Of a DNA stretch of 64,000 nt, positions 36,995 through 50,949 are shown piece by piece; position 1 is the first letter of the stretch; each line of letters starts with the position of its first letter. A model generated the notes under the pieces. It saw only the letters and a list, made by a program, of their open reading frames with translations. It was not told where the DNA came from and searched no databases. The position numbers were made by a program, and so were the translations under genes. Source of the DNA: Dicyema japonicum (Eukaryota > Animalia > Dicyemida); NCBI GenBank assembly GCA_011109175.1, contig RDEW01000010.1:62001-126000 (forward strand), in the 5' to 3' direction.

Positions 36995-38397
36995 CAGGGT
37001 TGTTAAAAATCATTATTTTTATGAATTAAATGATTTTTATTCGGAAACAAAGTAAAATAAAAATAAACACAATGGAAATCGTATTTATTTAAAAGCTAAG
37101 ACAAGTTGGCAGCTTTTTCAATTCTCAGCCTATTTCGTACATTTGAATGTAAGAATCCAAAAGTCGAAAAAATTCGTTCCATTCCACTTGTGGAAGCAAC
37201 TGCTCCAAGAATTTTTTTTCCAAATTTCTACAGCATGACTAATCATCGTAGAATCAATTTGAATTTTGTCTAAAGCGACAACAATTGGTTTAATCAGCCG
37301 CAAATATAGTTTTAGGCAAATATTTTGTACTTTGGAAGCAATCTCTGTATCAATATTTGATATGTGTTCCCCACAAATTCTCAAATTATAGACCAATTAT
37401 CCAAATAAGATTGAAAACAGTCTGATAAAGTGTTCCAGCGAACATCAATCGGAATAACAAGTTTTTTTCCTCCAGCAGATTTGTACCATGCCGCTGGAAG
37501 ATGAACGATTCGAAAGTATTTATTCTTACGATGGTTTCTTTAACGTCAGCTACTTTGAGAGAATGTTGAGATAATGTGCGAGCAACCATATGTAATAATT
37601 TCATCGTCATTTTGGATTATTATCCGCCTCATTTTAGTCATGTTGGCAGCATTGTCCGTTACAAGACTCCCGATTTTACATCCAAACCGTTGCTCGGCGG
37701 ACTTTGCAGAGGCTAAAGCAACAGATTGAAGATACTTCGCGGTGTGGCTATATCCGGAGGTGTCCACAGTGTCAATTAGATAGATTTCTCCGTCCAATGT
37801 TACAACTGACACATAAATAACAGGTTCATTATGAATGTTATTCCACCCGTCAAACATCATAGACACTGTCTTGTCCTGGAGTCTTTGCCTACAGTCTTCA
37901 TGTATTTGGTCGTACACACCACCAACTTGATGGCGAGAGGGTAAACGATACCCAGGAAGATGCATTTGGACGAATTTGACAAATCCCGGATGTTCTACAG
38001 CAGCAAAAGGAGTGTTACTGGAATATATGTATCTAGCGAGTTGCATATCAATCAAATTTTTCTTCGATGACGTCGTCGTAGTAACGAAATTGATTAAAGA
38101 CTGGTCTCTCATCCTTGGGAGGAATTCGCTGATCAAATCACTTTCAGGTTTCGACGGATTTTCAGGGATATCAATATTAGTTCGACATAACAAATGATGT
38201 TGCCTCATCCGAGACCTTGTACCTCCTTCCCGCAATTACGGCATCTGGCTCGACTCCCGGTCTTTCCAGGAATAATACGTTTATCGAAGTGAACCCAAAA
38301 TCACCCTTTCTTCCAGACATTAAAAAAATTTAAATGATTTTTTAATTTAAATCATTGATTTTTTGTTGATTAAAATCAAATGATTATAGCAACCCTG
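36995..38397 (-). mobile_element. Non-autonomous hAT DNA transposon with intact termini
   Basis: TIRs CAGGGTTGTTAAAAATCATT / CAGGGTTGCTATAATCATTT, a perfect 8-bp TSD ACATATAT (36987-36994, 38398-38405), and transposase fragments (SSNTPFAAVEHPGF, FDGWNNIHNEPVI, VTDNAANM). Confidence 0.93.
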
Positions 38398-38718
38398 ACA
38401 TATATTAAACCAACTAATTAAGTTTTGGTTTTGAGACTCAGCTGTGCAGCATCATTCCCTCACATGATCCCCGAATGACCAGGAGTGAAGAGAATTTTAA
38501 CATAAATTATTGAACAAATATTTTATTGTAGTAGAGTTATCTAAATTATTTACACCAGGCCATTCAAGCGAAGGAAACCTAACACCTAAAAACGGAAGCT
38601 TCCAGAAACTCACCAGGTATATTCGATGTGGGTTAGAACTCGAGGGAAACTAGATTCGAAAAATGATGAAAAAAGTAATCTCACCCCAAAATTAACAAAA
38701 AAAGAAATCAATAAAGCG

Positions 38719-40305
38719 CTAATCTCTTAACCACTTTTTGATTAACGAGACTTCTATCTTTCTTGCGTCAATTAAACTCTGTGAATCATATTTAGAACTT
38801 GTCCTCAAATCCGAATGATGAGCTCCACCATAGATAAAGATTGAGACCACACTTTCATTTATGTCTTCGAGAACCCCACCTGACATCCACGGATCGAACT
38901 GTCCATTACTGAATATTATATTGCTGAAAGAAGACATTCCCTCAACATTGAACTCCTTTGGTATCCAGGAAGGATCAGGTATCACTCCATAGTCACTTAG
39001 ACAATTCTGAACATTCTCAGTCTTATTATACAGTTTAACTGGGAACATGTTATTATTCGAATCATCAGAACACAAATACATGCTCATTTCAGTGCAATAC
39101 TAAACTTATGCCAGTGAATACCTGATAGTCCCAGATATACTCAGGGATATTACCACTCACATTGGACAAAGAGAAACACTCATTTACATTACCTGTGTGG
39201 TTGAAATATGTATTAATAGAATTATATAGAGACTCCACGTAGTCCTCCAGAACCATGCTTTTCTTGGAGAACAACTCGGCAATCGTCTAAATAATTCATA
39301 AATATTTACTTTGGCAGGGAATGGGGGAAGTGGAACTAACAAATTTCCAGCAGTCGGGTAGTTCACCATTGTTATATCGAATAACATCTCCCCGAAGAAA
39401 TCAGTGAAATTGCTGACATTCATTTCGTGGTCACACAGCCTTATACTTTTCCACAATTGTCTCAACTCATCTGAATTACATGTACATTATACCGGGAGAC
39501 AACCTTTTAAGGATACCCCACATCTCCTTTATGTTGGTAGGAGAGTGCTCGTAGTATTCCTTGAACCTCTGAGTGATTATTTTATTTGGACCAGAACAAT
39601 CACTGAGATTTTCAAACTGATAGACAGGAGCTGAGGCAGCGAGTGCCCTTAAATAGAGGACTAGCATTAACCCTGTGATAAAGTTGGGGTATTTTTGCCT
39701 CAACCAAGCAGCCAGCATTCCCCCATATGACCCCCCGAAAGCGATGACCTTGCGACCAGGGAATAAAGTGGAGAGAAGGTCAATATAATCAGCCATTGCC
39801 TGTTCGACAGTCAAATAATTGAGCATATTTTTATCCTAAATAAGTTGGAGTTTAAACCTGACTGACGTTTTTATAAGGCAGGGATTCTCCGTAATACCTA
39901 TGTTCCGCAAATATAATCGTGGCGTCGAATTTAGGGGCGAATTCCCAAATGAAGCCCTAAAATAAACTATGAGTTAACTGTGTTTTTTGCAAAACTGGTT
40001 ATAGGTCCTTCATTTCCGGCGTAAAAGAAAATGGGTCCCCCCGGTTTGCTGTGTTCGTCTGAATGAAGGTACCTCAACCAAAATTTGTCATTATTTTTAA
40101 ACCCAAAGTGATCGACCTGGTGAATTATTATTTGACAAACTTTAGTCCTAAACCACTTCACTTGATAATTTATTTGAAGTTCTGTGGAATGCATTACCAT
40201 CCTACTTTTAGCAAAATGTAATGACAGCACGATCAAGATAAACATTAATGTAGACAAAAGAAGGAGATAATTGTGGCAAACTAATATATTTAAAGCTTTA
40301 TACAT
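38719..40305 (-). CDS. PRCP: Lysosomal Pro-X carboxypeptidase (peptidase S28); upstream in-frame start possible at 40389
   Basis: VDHFGF, PIFFYAGNEG, FAEHRYYGESLP, LTVEQAMADY, nucleophile AFGGSYGGMLAAWLRQKYP, NIIFSNGQFDPWMSGG, GGAHHSDLR. The frame is restored by ~22-31 nt introns. Confidence 0.93.
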
Positions 40306-40589
40306 ACTAATGTGCCAAACTGTGCTAGTTACACCACGATTGGGGGTTTGACTGTTTAACGAAATTCTCTTTGATACGGAACTTTTCATTATTTCAGAAT
40401 TAAAAGGACAAAGCGCAACTAGGTGAAAGTCGACTAATTAAACCGAAGTTTATTATATTTTTGAATTTATACAATATTTTTAAAATATTAAAATATAAAT
40501 GACAAATTGATGGAACTAATAATTTAAATTAACTCAAGTCAGCGGATACCGCCCTAAATTAAAGTGATTCACCTGGTTGAAAAAACACG

Positions 40590-40750
40590 ATAATTGGAGG
40601 TGATCCAAACGCGAAGAGTTCTCAGTGGTATGCTAACCAACAACTGGATCAACGGAGAGCTCTTATATCCGACGGTTTTGACGACCTGATCATTCTCAAT
40701 AATCCAGGCAAACACACATGGATTCCTTCCCGTCGAGGCGACTCCCCTAT
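40590..40750 (+). mobile_element. I/Jockey-group APE fragment
   Basis: IIGGDPNAKSSQW...FDDLIILNNPGKHTWIP. Confidence 0.65.
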
Positions 40751-40789
40751 TTCTTTTGCCCCTCCTTCTCTTGCGGCTGTCATTTCATG

Positions 40790-42340
40790 GGATTTATATA
40801 CGACTTACTGACCATGTTTATATAGGACTTCTCAACTCTTCGTCCACGCTAATTTTTGTTACGGGAGACTGGAATTCAAAGGCAGGAATTAAAGCAGAGT
40901 TGTATGTTGCATTGGTATTCACGGAAGGGGATATCGAAATTCTTTTGGAAATTTTATGATCGACTTTTGTAATACCTACGATTTGTTTCTGTGCAACACG
41001 GCCTTTCAGAACGCCGCCCGACACAAGACCACCTGGGTAGGTTGTAGAACAAACAAAAATGGATAGGAACAAAAAATATTTAATCAAATAGATTATATTT
41101 TGTGCAAGCAGTCAAACAAGGGATTATTAGTGGACTACCGTTCGTATGGAGGAGCACTGACAAATAGCGATCACAGTCTGTCGGTTGAATCTTAGCAAGC
41201 TTTATGGAATGTTATATGCGAATCATGCACGTCCCAGAAAAGCACAGATGATAGCGGAGAAGAATTAGTAAAATAATCATGCACTCCTCACGAGATACCA
41301 GCAGCTAATAGATCAGTATCTATCCAATATTTCTATGGATGGCCTACTCCACATCGTGTGGAGAAGAATCTCTGAATCTGCCGAAGAAACAGTTGGGATT
41401 ACTATGAAAGGAAGATATAAAGGAGCATATAACTCGACAATGAATTGTCTATCCGTCAACGAGATATATGACTTCAAATTGAAATTGTGTTCCTGAACAA
41501 AAATCCGAATTAAAAAAATTGCGGAATACAATCCAACACGAAATTAAGAAGAATGTGCTCCGATCATGGTCGGACTTTTTGGACCAACGAGTATTGGAAT
41601 TGGAAAGATTACATACATGTGCAAAAATGTTTATGGCTGTGCGTTTACTCAAGCGAGGGTCAGCTAAAACCAATTAAAAAATTCAAGATGAGTTCGCTCA
41701 CTTTGTATTAGACGCTAACCGTTCTGCTAAACTTAGAGCCCAACACTTTAGCAAGCAGTTCAATCGGGAGGATACTATACCCCTCACACAATTCGAAGGA
41801 CAGCCTCGTTCACTTAATTGTGTTTACGGATTCCGAGATTCGCGGAGCACTCCTTCGCCTGAATAAAACAGATCAGCTTGCTATGAAATATTTTTGGGAG
41901 TTGTTAATACGCACCAACCCAGCTAGCAGAGAAGATAACTTTCATATTCAACGAGATATTCAGTTGACATCGCGATGGGAGTTCTATTTCCTTTACAAAA
42001 CCCGACAAACCTGCAAATCCAATTGAAAATCTCAGGCCGATCGTGCTTTTGACCACTGCGAAAAACATTGTCGATTACAACATTGAATATCAATTCAATT
42101 GACCAATACTTGTCACCAAGTCAAAGCGGATTCAGACCAGAAAGATTAACCGCTGATATAATATGGACTCATCGGTGGCTTACGGCAATATGTCAGAAGT
42201 ACAGAAAAATAATGTATATTCTGGGAGTCGACTTATCGAAAGCATTCGATAGTGTCTGCCAAGATAAACTATTGCAAGTTCTCTAAAACATAATTGATGA
42301 GGACTGTTTGAGGATTATGCGTTTTTTGCTGGCTGACACG
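40790..42340 (+). mobile_element. Degenerate RTE-like LINE (APE C-terminus plus RT N-terminus)
   Basis: VTGDWNSKAG, IFNQIDYILCKQ, NSDHSL, ENLRPIVLLT, QSGFRPERLTADIIWTHRW, GVDLSKAFDSV. Confidence 0.88.
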
Positions 42341-43199
42341 AGCCTTATAGTGAAAGTGAGGAAGGGCTATTCGGAAAATTCACGACCGGGATTGGTTGGC
42401 TATCGCAGCATTCAATCCATTAAGCACATCACAATTTAAACGGGACCTTTCGAGTAGGAACTCTTGCATCCCGTGGAATAGAGCTTACCTCTGATTGAAA
42501 ATTCATTGCCTCAACACATTTTCATTAAATACAGATTTCGCTCACTGAGCTTTTAGGAAATTTTGAGAACTCATCATCTTTTACATTCATCCCTCCCTTC
42601 TCTGCCTTAAGCAGTTTCTTGACATTATATATGCCTTTATTAGTAAAGAAGCGGGAATTGAGACTAAGCGATAACTTTCCATCCTCCACAAGGAATCCTT
42701 CCTAACCTGGCTTTGGAACATTAACAGCTTCAGTCACCAACTCGCATTTGCCTGAGTGGTCAACACTACGATCACAGCCTTAAGAGGAAGGAGGTGATTA
42801 GACACAGGTCGTACTTCAAGGTCCTTACAAATCTCACGGGGTTCATGCAGTTCTGAAGCCAGTCGTCCAACTTCGGGTACTGTATTTTCATTAATTGCTT
42901 CAGAAGGAGGGCCACCAGAATTTGTTTTGCTTTTGCGAAAACTTACACACAAGGTGCCACGTGAAATTCAAATTTTTTAATTAGAAAATAGTTCAAATTA
43001 TTAATATTCTGATTCGTTAAGAACAGCATGTTCGACAATTTTGGATACTACGTTTTGGCTTAACTAGTGACGTCATCAGTGAACTGCGGAACTGTACAAA
43101 AGGATATATTATGCAGTCTAAAAGTCTCAAGAAAATGAAACTTAAAAATTAATAAACTAGACTCACTGGTTCTGAAAATAATTCATAAAGTTTTTTAAA

Positions 43200-45450
43200 G
43201 AGTTATTCATGCTTAAAATTATAGAAATTCAATTTCGTGTGATTTTAGAGCAACGTTTCCCAAATACTAAAAAAGGATTTTGTGTGGCATGCTGCTATTT
43301 TACAATTTGATTTGTCTTCAATTGGAAAGATTTTCAATTCATAGTCAAGATGATTTATTGGGGTTGATTTGAAAAATCCGATAATTGTTCTGAGTGGGAT
43401 GTTTTGATTTTTTGTAGTTTGTAAATGGAGCCGCCGGGGACTCCGTCGTGTAATAAACATAACATCAATTCGACCAAGTCTAGCATAGAGGGAGTTTGTT
43501 AACAAATTCTAAGATATTGAAAATTCGAGACAAAAATTTTGTTACAAAGAACCCTTCGTGATCTGCCAAATGCTTTGTTCGTGTGCAAATATAGTACGTT
43601 GGGGAGAAGTGGAGTTAATGGAAGTATTGGAGTGTCCCAATCTGGAAGCTGTTCTATTATGCGTGTTTTTTTCATTGGATGACATGTTCAAGTTGTAATA
43701 GGATCTGAAACCACCTATCATTCCATTTTGATCAGTCAGCAAGTGAATCTTTGGCGTTTAGGTCTCCACAGATTATGACATTTTGAATCGTTTGTAATTT
43801 TGCCAGTTTGGGGGAATAGTGTTTCATATAGGTACTGGTGGTGGAATGTAAATATTTACAATTGGAGGTTTATTTTGGAAAAGATGGAAATAAGGTCAGT
43901 GTGATTTTTAGATTCTAGTGGATTTATCACAGAAATAGACATGTTGAGAAGGATGATTACATCCCCCAATACTTGAATTAGGTCGATCATAGAAGACAAG
44001 TGAGTAGTCTTTGAAATTAGGAAGAATTGATTTCTGGATAGTTTTGTTACTGTAAGAGGGTAATATCGATTTTGTGGATGGCAAAAAAGGCAATCTGTGT
44101 CAAGGTCGTTTATGTTGAGTTGAACAACACTGAGAAATTTCCTATTTTTGTGGGCCCAGGGTGCTGTTTCAATTCGATCTTGAGGAACGAAAACTTCGCC
44201 CACTCACTAGCACCTATCATCCATTTATACTTCCCAAAGTTTGGAGAACAGGTTGATAAAGAGAATTGCGGTTCTTTTAGTTGCCAAAATGAAACAGCCA
44301 CCAATTTTTGCAACATGAAGGTGATCCAAATTGAAAATTAGGTTAATAAATAAATTAACATATGAGTTAATTTATTAATTCCGAAATCACGAGAGGACTA
44401 CAGTTATCGTCTATTTAAGTGATCCCCTGTCCATACCAGTCTTTTTCCTGCGGTTAGGTTTAAAATTTTGCATTAATCTCCACAACGGGGAAGGTTTTTT
44501 CTCATATCTCGGCAAGCGTACAGTTTGATGGTCGGCCTGAGGGGATGGTCTGGAGCCTTTGCTATCTTGAGGAAGTTCCGGTGGCGTTTCGTAAGGTATT
44601 TTATGATTATAGGAGTTTTCTCCGTAGTAACGATGTGGGATCTCAATAATATTATGAGACATCGGTTTTGTAACAATTCCGGTTTGCTCTGTGCCGATAG
44701 TGATAGCGGAGCAATCCTTGCAGCAAATACGTACTCAATACTCGGTAGAACAAATTGTTTGTATAGAAGCTCTAACAATGGCCGGAAGATACTGGGGAGC
44801 TCTGAGAATTACAATATTCTTTTGGATCCTCGTGGTTACCAAGTCCACTTGATGAGTTAATGAATGGAGAGGATCCAGGATGACTCCAAGGATTGAAAGG
44901 GTATTCTTAATGGGGAAATGGGAATCATAAAATTTTATTTCTGGCGTTGCCAGTATTTTTTTCGTGACGAGATAAACATCGTTACATGAACTTTCTTGGT
45001 GATATATTTAGATGGTTCTTCAAGAACCAAAGACCCATCAGGTTTAATATCTTTTGCAAGTACTGTGTTGCCTCATCGACTGTTCGCTGTTTCACTGCAA
45101 TCACGGATTATCCAATATGATTAAATATTTTAATTTTTGTTATTGGGATAGTGATTTTTGGTTGTTTGTCACAACTTGGACCATTCGACCGTTGATGTAG
45201 TTAGCCAACCATGACTTGAATTTAGGGTGGATTGACGTCATAAAAATTTTTGCTGAAGGATCTTCCGGGAACTGAGTCAAAAGTCTTCTCTATATCCACT
45301 GAGACCAGCACGGTTATCTCGTGTAGATTTGGGGTTTTCAGGTTGTCCGAAATTAATTGAACCTGTTTTGTTAAATGAATTGTTGTTGAACCCATGACTA
45401 ATTAACTTTATACTTTCCAGAAATGGACTGTAAAAATACTGTAATTCACC
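43200..45450 (-). mobile_element. Patchwork of I/Jockey-group LINE fragments
   Basis: RT (VSVDIEKTFDSV, WFLKNHLNISP), C-terminus (LYKQFVLPSIEY...LLQNRCL), APE N-terminus (VVQLNIND) and a second thumb fragment. Confidence 0.75.
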
Positions 45451-45744
45451 ATAACCCATTCCATGAATTGACTCCAACCATCATAATTCATAATCTATTC
45501 CATAAATTGACCCTAACCGATTGTCTAATTCACCTTAAACATTCCAGAAATCGACATTAACCTCAATTCAACTTTGTTTCATGATTGACAAGAGCCTTGT
45601 CTTTAGTGAATATGGATTAGGCTACAGATTCATTGACATCTGAAACTACGGTTTTGAACAGTGGTGATGGACTAAAAATTGAAAAAAAACTAAATGATCA
45701 TCTGTCGGAGGAATAGATGTCTTATTAGTAATCATCGTTAATTG

Positions 45745-47366
45745 TTAAAAGTTAAGTTTTGTGTATTGAGAGACTGTACTCCAATTATTCAAAGCAACAG
45801 AATTTTCATAATAAGTCCTATCTTTAGTTTCCGGCATGAAGATGAAAAGAAATATGAATCCCCCAATGCACATTGAGACGAAAACGAGCAAAATATAATT
45901 CTCAAGGGAAACCTGCAGAAATTATAAAGCATAAACATTGCTAAGGGCTGGTCTGAATATCCAAAAACAACAAAGTTTGCAAAATTTCCAACGAGAACCC
46001 CACCAGAGGCAGCCTTACCCCTGGAATCTTGCGTAAAGTACTCAACCATAATAGTCTGAGGGACAATTCCATATGAAACAGCAAATGCTATAACGAAAAT
46101 GTATATTGATATAATGGACAAGATTGTTATATTATACACCAGAGATATGACTTCCATAATTAAACATAGGATAATTATTAGGGTTGGCCATAATAGTAGA
46201 AACCTTCTCCCACATTTTTCAATTAATGGAATCTTAATGTAACATTATTAATTACGGCGAAAATTGTGGCAATGCAATTTACTGCCCCAGTGCCGATTAC
46301 TACATAAGGTATTGCCCATTTTTTAACCCCAGCTTGGTCATAAATGGTTCCGGTAAATGATAAAACCTTAATTAATTGTAGTATTTACAGCATTAATTCC
46401 CGTGAATTGGACCAAAATTAGAGAAACAAAGACAATTGTGAGAGGTCTGCTAAGTGATTTACGAGTGAACAGTTCTATCCATGAAATTTCAATCGTTGAT
46501 GTATTTTCTAGTTCTTCTTTCATTTCTGAAATCTCTTCCTCACAAATTTCTTCAGATTTCCTTAACTGAATCAGTGCTAAAGTGGATAATTTTAGTTACC
46601 ATTCATAGTTTGGAATTCATCATTTGTTTTGAACAAAATATGACGAGGGCTGTCGGGAAAGAAGATAAACAATGATGTGAACACCACTGAAATTATTCCC
46701 GGGATTGTTAATGAAATGTGCCAATAAGATTCATTTCCTTAAATGTAAATGAAGAATACTGAAAATTGGAGGAATATTCAATGTTTGAGCTATTAATATC
46801 CCCAATGTAATGGCGAACTGATGGATTGCAATTACTCCTCCACGGAATCCCATTGGCGTTATTTCGATCATGTACATTGTTACAATGGGCACCAGAATTC
46901 CTACAAACTAAGCAATGCTTCCTTACCCACACTTAAACCCGAAAAAAAGCGAGAAGGAAACAAAAGCTCGAAAGAATTTAATGGTTTAGATAGTACCCCA
47001 AAAAATGACCCAATGATGACAAAGGCGCTATTATAAATAAGTGCCATTTTCCTTCCAACTCTATCAGCGATAAATGGTGCCATGAAAGCCCCAATAATTG
47101 CTCCAATTAAATATATGCTGGCAATTCCAGCCCAAATAAGAGAAAAAACTTTATCTAATTCTATTCTGGTAACAATATGACCATATCTATAATTTAAGAT
47201 AGTTGACATTAATTCTTTAGCTTGCTATGGATAAGTCATAAACTACCTCTTCTATGCCTTCCAATACCCCATTTCCATGTCCATATATTATTGAGCAACC
47301 AAATCCGGCAATGAATATTGCACCATAATATTTCAAAGATACTGAGCTTAACGCTTTTATTATCAT
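45745..47366 (-). CDS. MFS sugar porter, GLUT/SLC2A-like facilitated hexose transporter; apparent 1-nt homopolymer indel near 45965
   Basis: ADRVGRK, MYMIEITPMGFRG, FFPDSPR, QFTGINA, IEKCGRR, EYFTQDSRG and MPETKDRT motifs with hydrophobic helices; 22-26 nt introns. Confidence 0.92.
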
Positions 47367-47639
47367 GTACTGTTGTGACGATAAAAAATTATTTAAGCAA
47401 ATTCTAATCAGTTCTAGGAAATATATATTCCCGAGTCGTTTTTCGTCACAAATAGTTTTTGCAATTCCAACTTATGATTTTTAATCAATTTTTCACAATT
47501 ATGACTCCTAATTACGGTAGTAATTACAATTGACGTATTCCAGAACTCCTCTAGTCACTTTAGTATCTCTTAATAGTCGGACTGCTTTTTATACGTGACT
47601 TATTAACTTTTTTTCACTTAGTTAAACTTTTGTTTTGGT

Positions 47640-47960
47640 CAAAACATAAGTTAGTTAGTTGCCGCCCTCACAGCGTGGCTGTTCCCTCTCAGAATTGCGA
47701 GCGAAATCCGCTCAAATAGCCTGCGGTGTTCACGGAGATCTCCAGTGCATGATGTGATCCGGTTTCCAAGACCTCCAAAAAACTCGATTGTAGAAGGGGA
47801 GTAGGATCCGTAAGTCTCCATTGCAAAGGGAACAAATTTGACATTATCGGGAAGGTCGACGTATTTTTCGAGTTTGGCCTTCTCCGCCTTGACGGCTGCA
47901 GAGCAGGCCTTTGAAGAGCACTCGTGAAGATTGTTCGGGTCGAACGTGTCTGTACATGTA
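47640..47960 (-). mobile_element. CRE-like retrotransposon 3' end fragment
   Basis: AAVKAEKAKLEKYVDLPDNVKFVPFAMETYGSY...LFERISLAILRGNSHAV*. Confidence 0.85.
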
Positions 47961-48370
47961 GGCCCATAATTGGAAATATAATTCGAATCGTCTAACTAGT
48001 TCCTCTGTGGTGTTTATACAATTCGTCATTTCAAGTCTTTGGGATTTAGTTGAAATGGCTAACATGATTTTTTAGAGTTAATATTTGCTTGCTTCCCCAT
48101 TTCTACGCACTTTTTCAGTCGACAAGCTGAGCAGCAGTTTTTTGTTTTTTTCTCAATAAAGCAGTCATTATTTTGCTTACAAACAAAATTGAAATTATTT
48201 TTACTGCACGACGGAAAAACCCCTATGTTCAATTCATTAATTTACCTTGCAGAATTTGCAGGAGATTATTTAATAAAGATCCCCGGAAGAAACGTCTCCA
48301 CAGACTTTACAGAACTCAGGATTTTCAAAATCAAAATACTTGCGATAGTTTCGTTTTCCTATATATAGAT

Positions 48371-48480
48371 GAGAGTTGTGTGTTAGCGGGACAATAATTT
48401 ATAGACAATAGATTATACAAAATATAAATTTCATGATAATTAGAACCAAAATAAGGTTGTCCCGCTAACATACAACTCTC
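48371..48480. mobile_element. 110-bp MITE with 24-bp TIRs (GAG...CTC termini, Sola-like)
   Basis: GAGAGTTGTGTGTTAGCGGGACAA (48371-48394) is inverted at 48457-48480 with 1 mismatch. Flanks are AGAT / ATAT. Confidence 0.8.
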
Positions 48481-49444
48481 ATATATTTAAGGATAACGTG
48501 AACTCGTAAATAGTGAATGAAAGCAAGTTAATAAGTCAATTTGATGTAATAAGTTGCATTGCATAATGAAAATGTACCACAGTTATATTGAAATGGCTAA
48601 ATGACCTGCCTTAATGACACGTTGGAAAGTTGAAACACCTATATCATTCTCGCATCTCTGTTCCTTCCCCTTTTCTGCTTGCTGTTGCGTTTCAACTGAA
48701 GAAGTCAAGTGGTTTTGAGTACTCATGTTAACTTGTCCATCTTCGGACATATTGCGTTCTAGCGTATTTAATAGTGTTATATAAGGTGTCGTTATAATCA
48801 TAAGCATTCTCTAATCACTAAAAACCTAATTTGGATGATAATGATCCTAACGCTGTTTAACAATTAACTAAAATTTAAAATTGCAAAAAACAAATTTTTT
48901 AACATAACATATCATTCCTTTGATATGTTAAGTTTGCAACATATTATTTTAAGTTTGTCTTTTTTGGACTAGTGACACCATGAATGTTTTAATACGGAAC
49001 CGGATCGTCAGCAAAGGACTCACATACAACAAAAACAAGTTAAATAACATTTCTTTGCTATTTCTTTTCAACGATTAGCTAGTATAACTATTTTTTTCAA
49101 AAAGTGTGAGTCCTTCCTATGCGGAGCTCTCATGAAATATTTACTAAAACAAATGGTATTATTTCCAACATAATGATCCACTAACGTGTGAAAAATTGAC
49201 GTCTACAAACAAATGTTGACCAGACTTTTCAATAAATTCGACAATCAAAACAGTAAAATGACGATAGTTAACCCAGAATCACCTAATGATCCTCCAAAGC
49301 ATTTTTCTTGCAAAATAAAAAATGAGTTTCAATTGACAAAATCTTTTTGGGTGCTGCACGTACAAAATTTAAATTTATGCTAATGTGTAATGTAGCTAAT
49401 AATACAAAAAATATTGGTTTTATGAATTTCATTTAATTTAATGG

Positions 49445-49860
49445 TCTGGTTGATTTGTAGAGGTTGTACGACACTTCTATTACACTATGTCTTATTCGTA
49501 TTTCTTAGCGATTTTACCGTTCACTCTGGGATCTTTCAATTGCAGAGGACTTGAACAACCTTACAAGAAACACCAACTGAGATGCGATCTAACTAATTAT
49601 GACGCCTCTGTCTGCTGTTATCAAGAGACAAAAACGACCGTACAATGTACAGAAAAATCCACCTTTTTCTCCAGTCTTCCAACCAAAATTATGGTCTCGG
49701 ATTTGCAGTCCATTAGGACCTTATTCACTACGCTACAAAGGTGTGGACATCATCTGATATTATAATGGTAATGGCGGACGACCTGGACTATTTAAGAGAA
49801 CTATTGCGCAACAGTAGATCATGGTCGAAGCTAACGTTGAGGATGATTCGGAAGAACGAA
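49445..49860 (+). mobile_element. Internally deleted RTE-like mini-element, copy 2
   Basis: GSFNCRGLEQPYKKHQL...CYQETK, then VWTSSDIIMVMADDLDYLRELLRNSRSWSKL. Confidence 0.75.
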
Positions 49861-49989
49861 TCAACCTTTGGGGAAACAATTTTCTAATTAACAAATTGAT
49901 TATTACCACTCAAATTTGTAGGATACTCCTGATCGAGACCACTGGTTTAAAGTTTTAAAAAAGACCCATGGTTTAATGTTTTAAAAAAA

Positions 49990-50800
49990 TTACTGAAATT
50001 AAAAAATCAAAATTTATTCGAGTAGCATATCTCGTTCTGATTTTAGTGGTCCGATATTCAAGACTCACTATCGAAAAAAGTGCAAATATTGTTTTATAAT
50101 GACGACAACAGCTTATTCTCATGCCAAAGAAATGTCGATAAATTTTCTTTTTTACAGTGAACATTTCCGGACGACAGTTGACGCTATTTTGAAGAGCCTT
50201 GAGTCAATTTTGGAACGATTCGAAAACTAAAATTCCTTAATAAACACATTCAAAAAATTAAAATTCCCTCAACTTGATAAAAACTTGTTGAATGGATGGA
50301 TTCGATGGAATTAGAATGTATTCTTAATGTTTTTACATTTTATATCCATTTTTGAAAGATGCATTAATATTTAGTAAAGCAGAATTTTTCGCTAAGCAAC
50401 TTTTTTTCAACAATTTCAAAAATTCATTTATTTTTATCTATATTTACAAAAAACATAGAATTCGGATGAGAAATTACATCGGCAAATGCGCACTGATAAA
50501 AATGTCGATATTGAATGGTTTCTTAAAGAATTTCAAGAATAACCTGTATGAAACTGTGATTTAAAAACTTTTTCCTTTGAGAATTATCTGCAAAACTCCA
50601 TTCTAATTATACAAGAACTTCAAAGATAGAGCATCTGTGCTGTTATGCACAAATATGTTTGGAAATCATAAAATAAAACCTTTATTGATGGAAAATCAAA
50701 AATGCAAAGTGTACAAAAATTATGATTCTGTTTCGTATTACAGTTCAAAAAGAGATGACCGGATTTATTTTAATTAACTGGATGACAAAATTCTACAACC
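49990..50800 (+). mobile_element. Degenerate pogo/Tigger-type transposase
   Basis: CENP-B-like HTH (KLVEWMDS, IFSKAEFFAKQL) and DDE_1 motif KDRASVLLCTNMFGNHKIKPLL. Confidence 0.7.
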
Positions 50801-50949
50801 TTTTGATGGCAACACACCTTAATTAAATGTGAAATAAAAATATTATCTAATACGGATATTAACGTTCCGATTGAAATCGAAGAATTTATGTATATAATTA
50901 TTCTGAGTTTCTTTTCTGTATAACGGTTAAGAAAAATGTCTGAAAAACA

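Noticed and set aside
42400-42960. GC-richer segment with ORF 42734-42952
   Set aside because: It looks coding, but no domain, splice pattern or TE motif was recognised.
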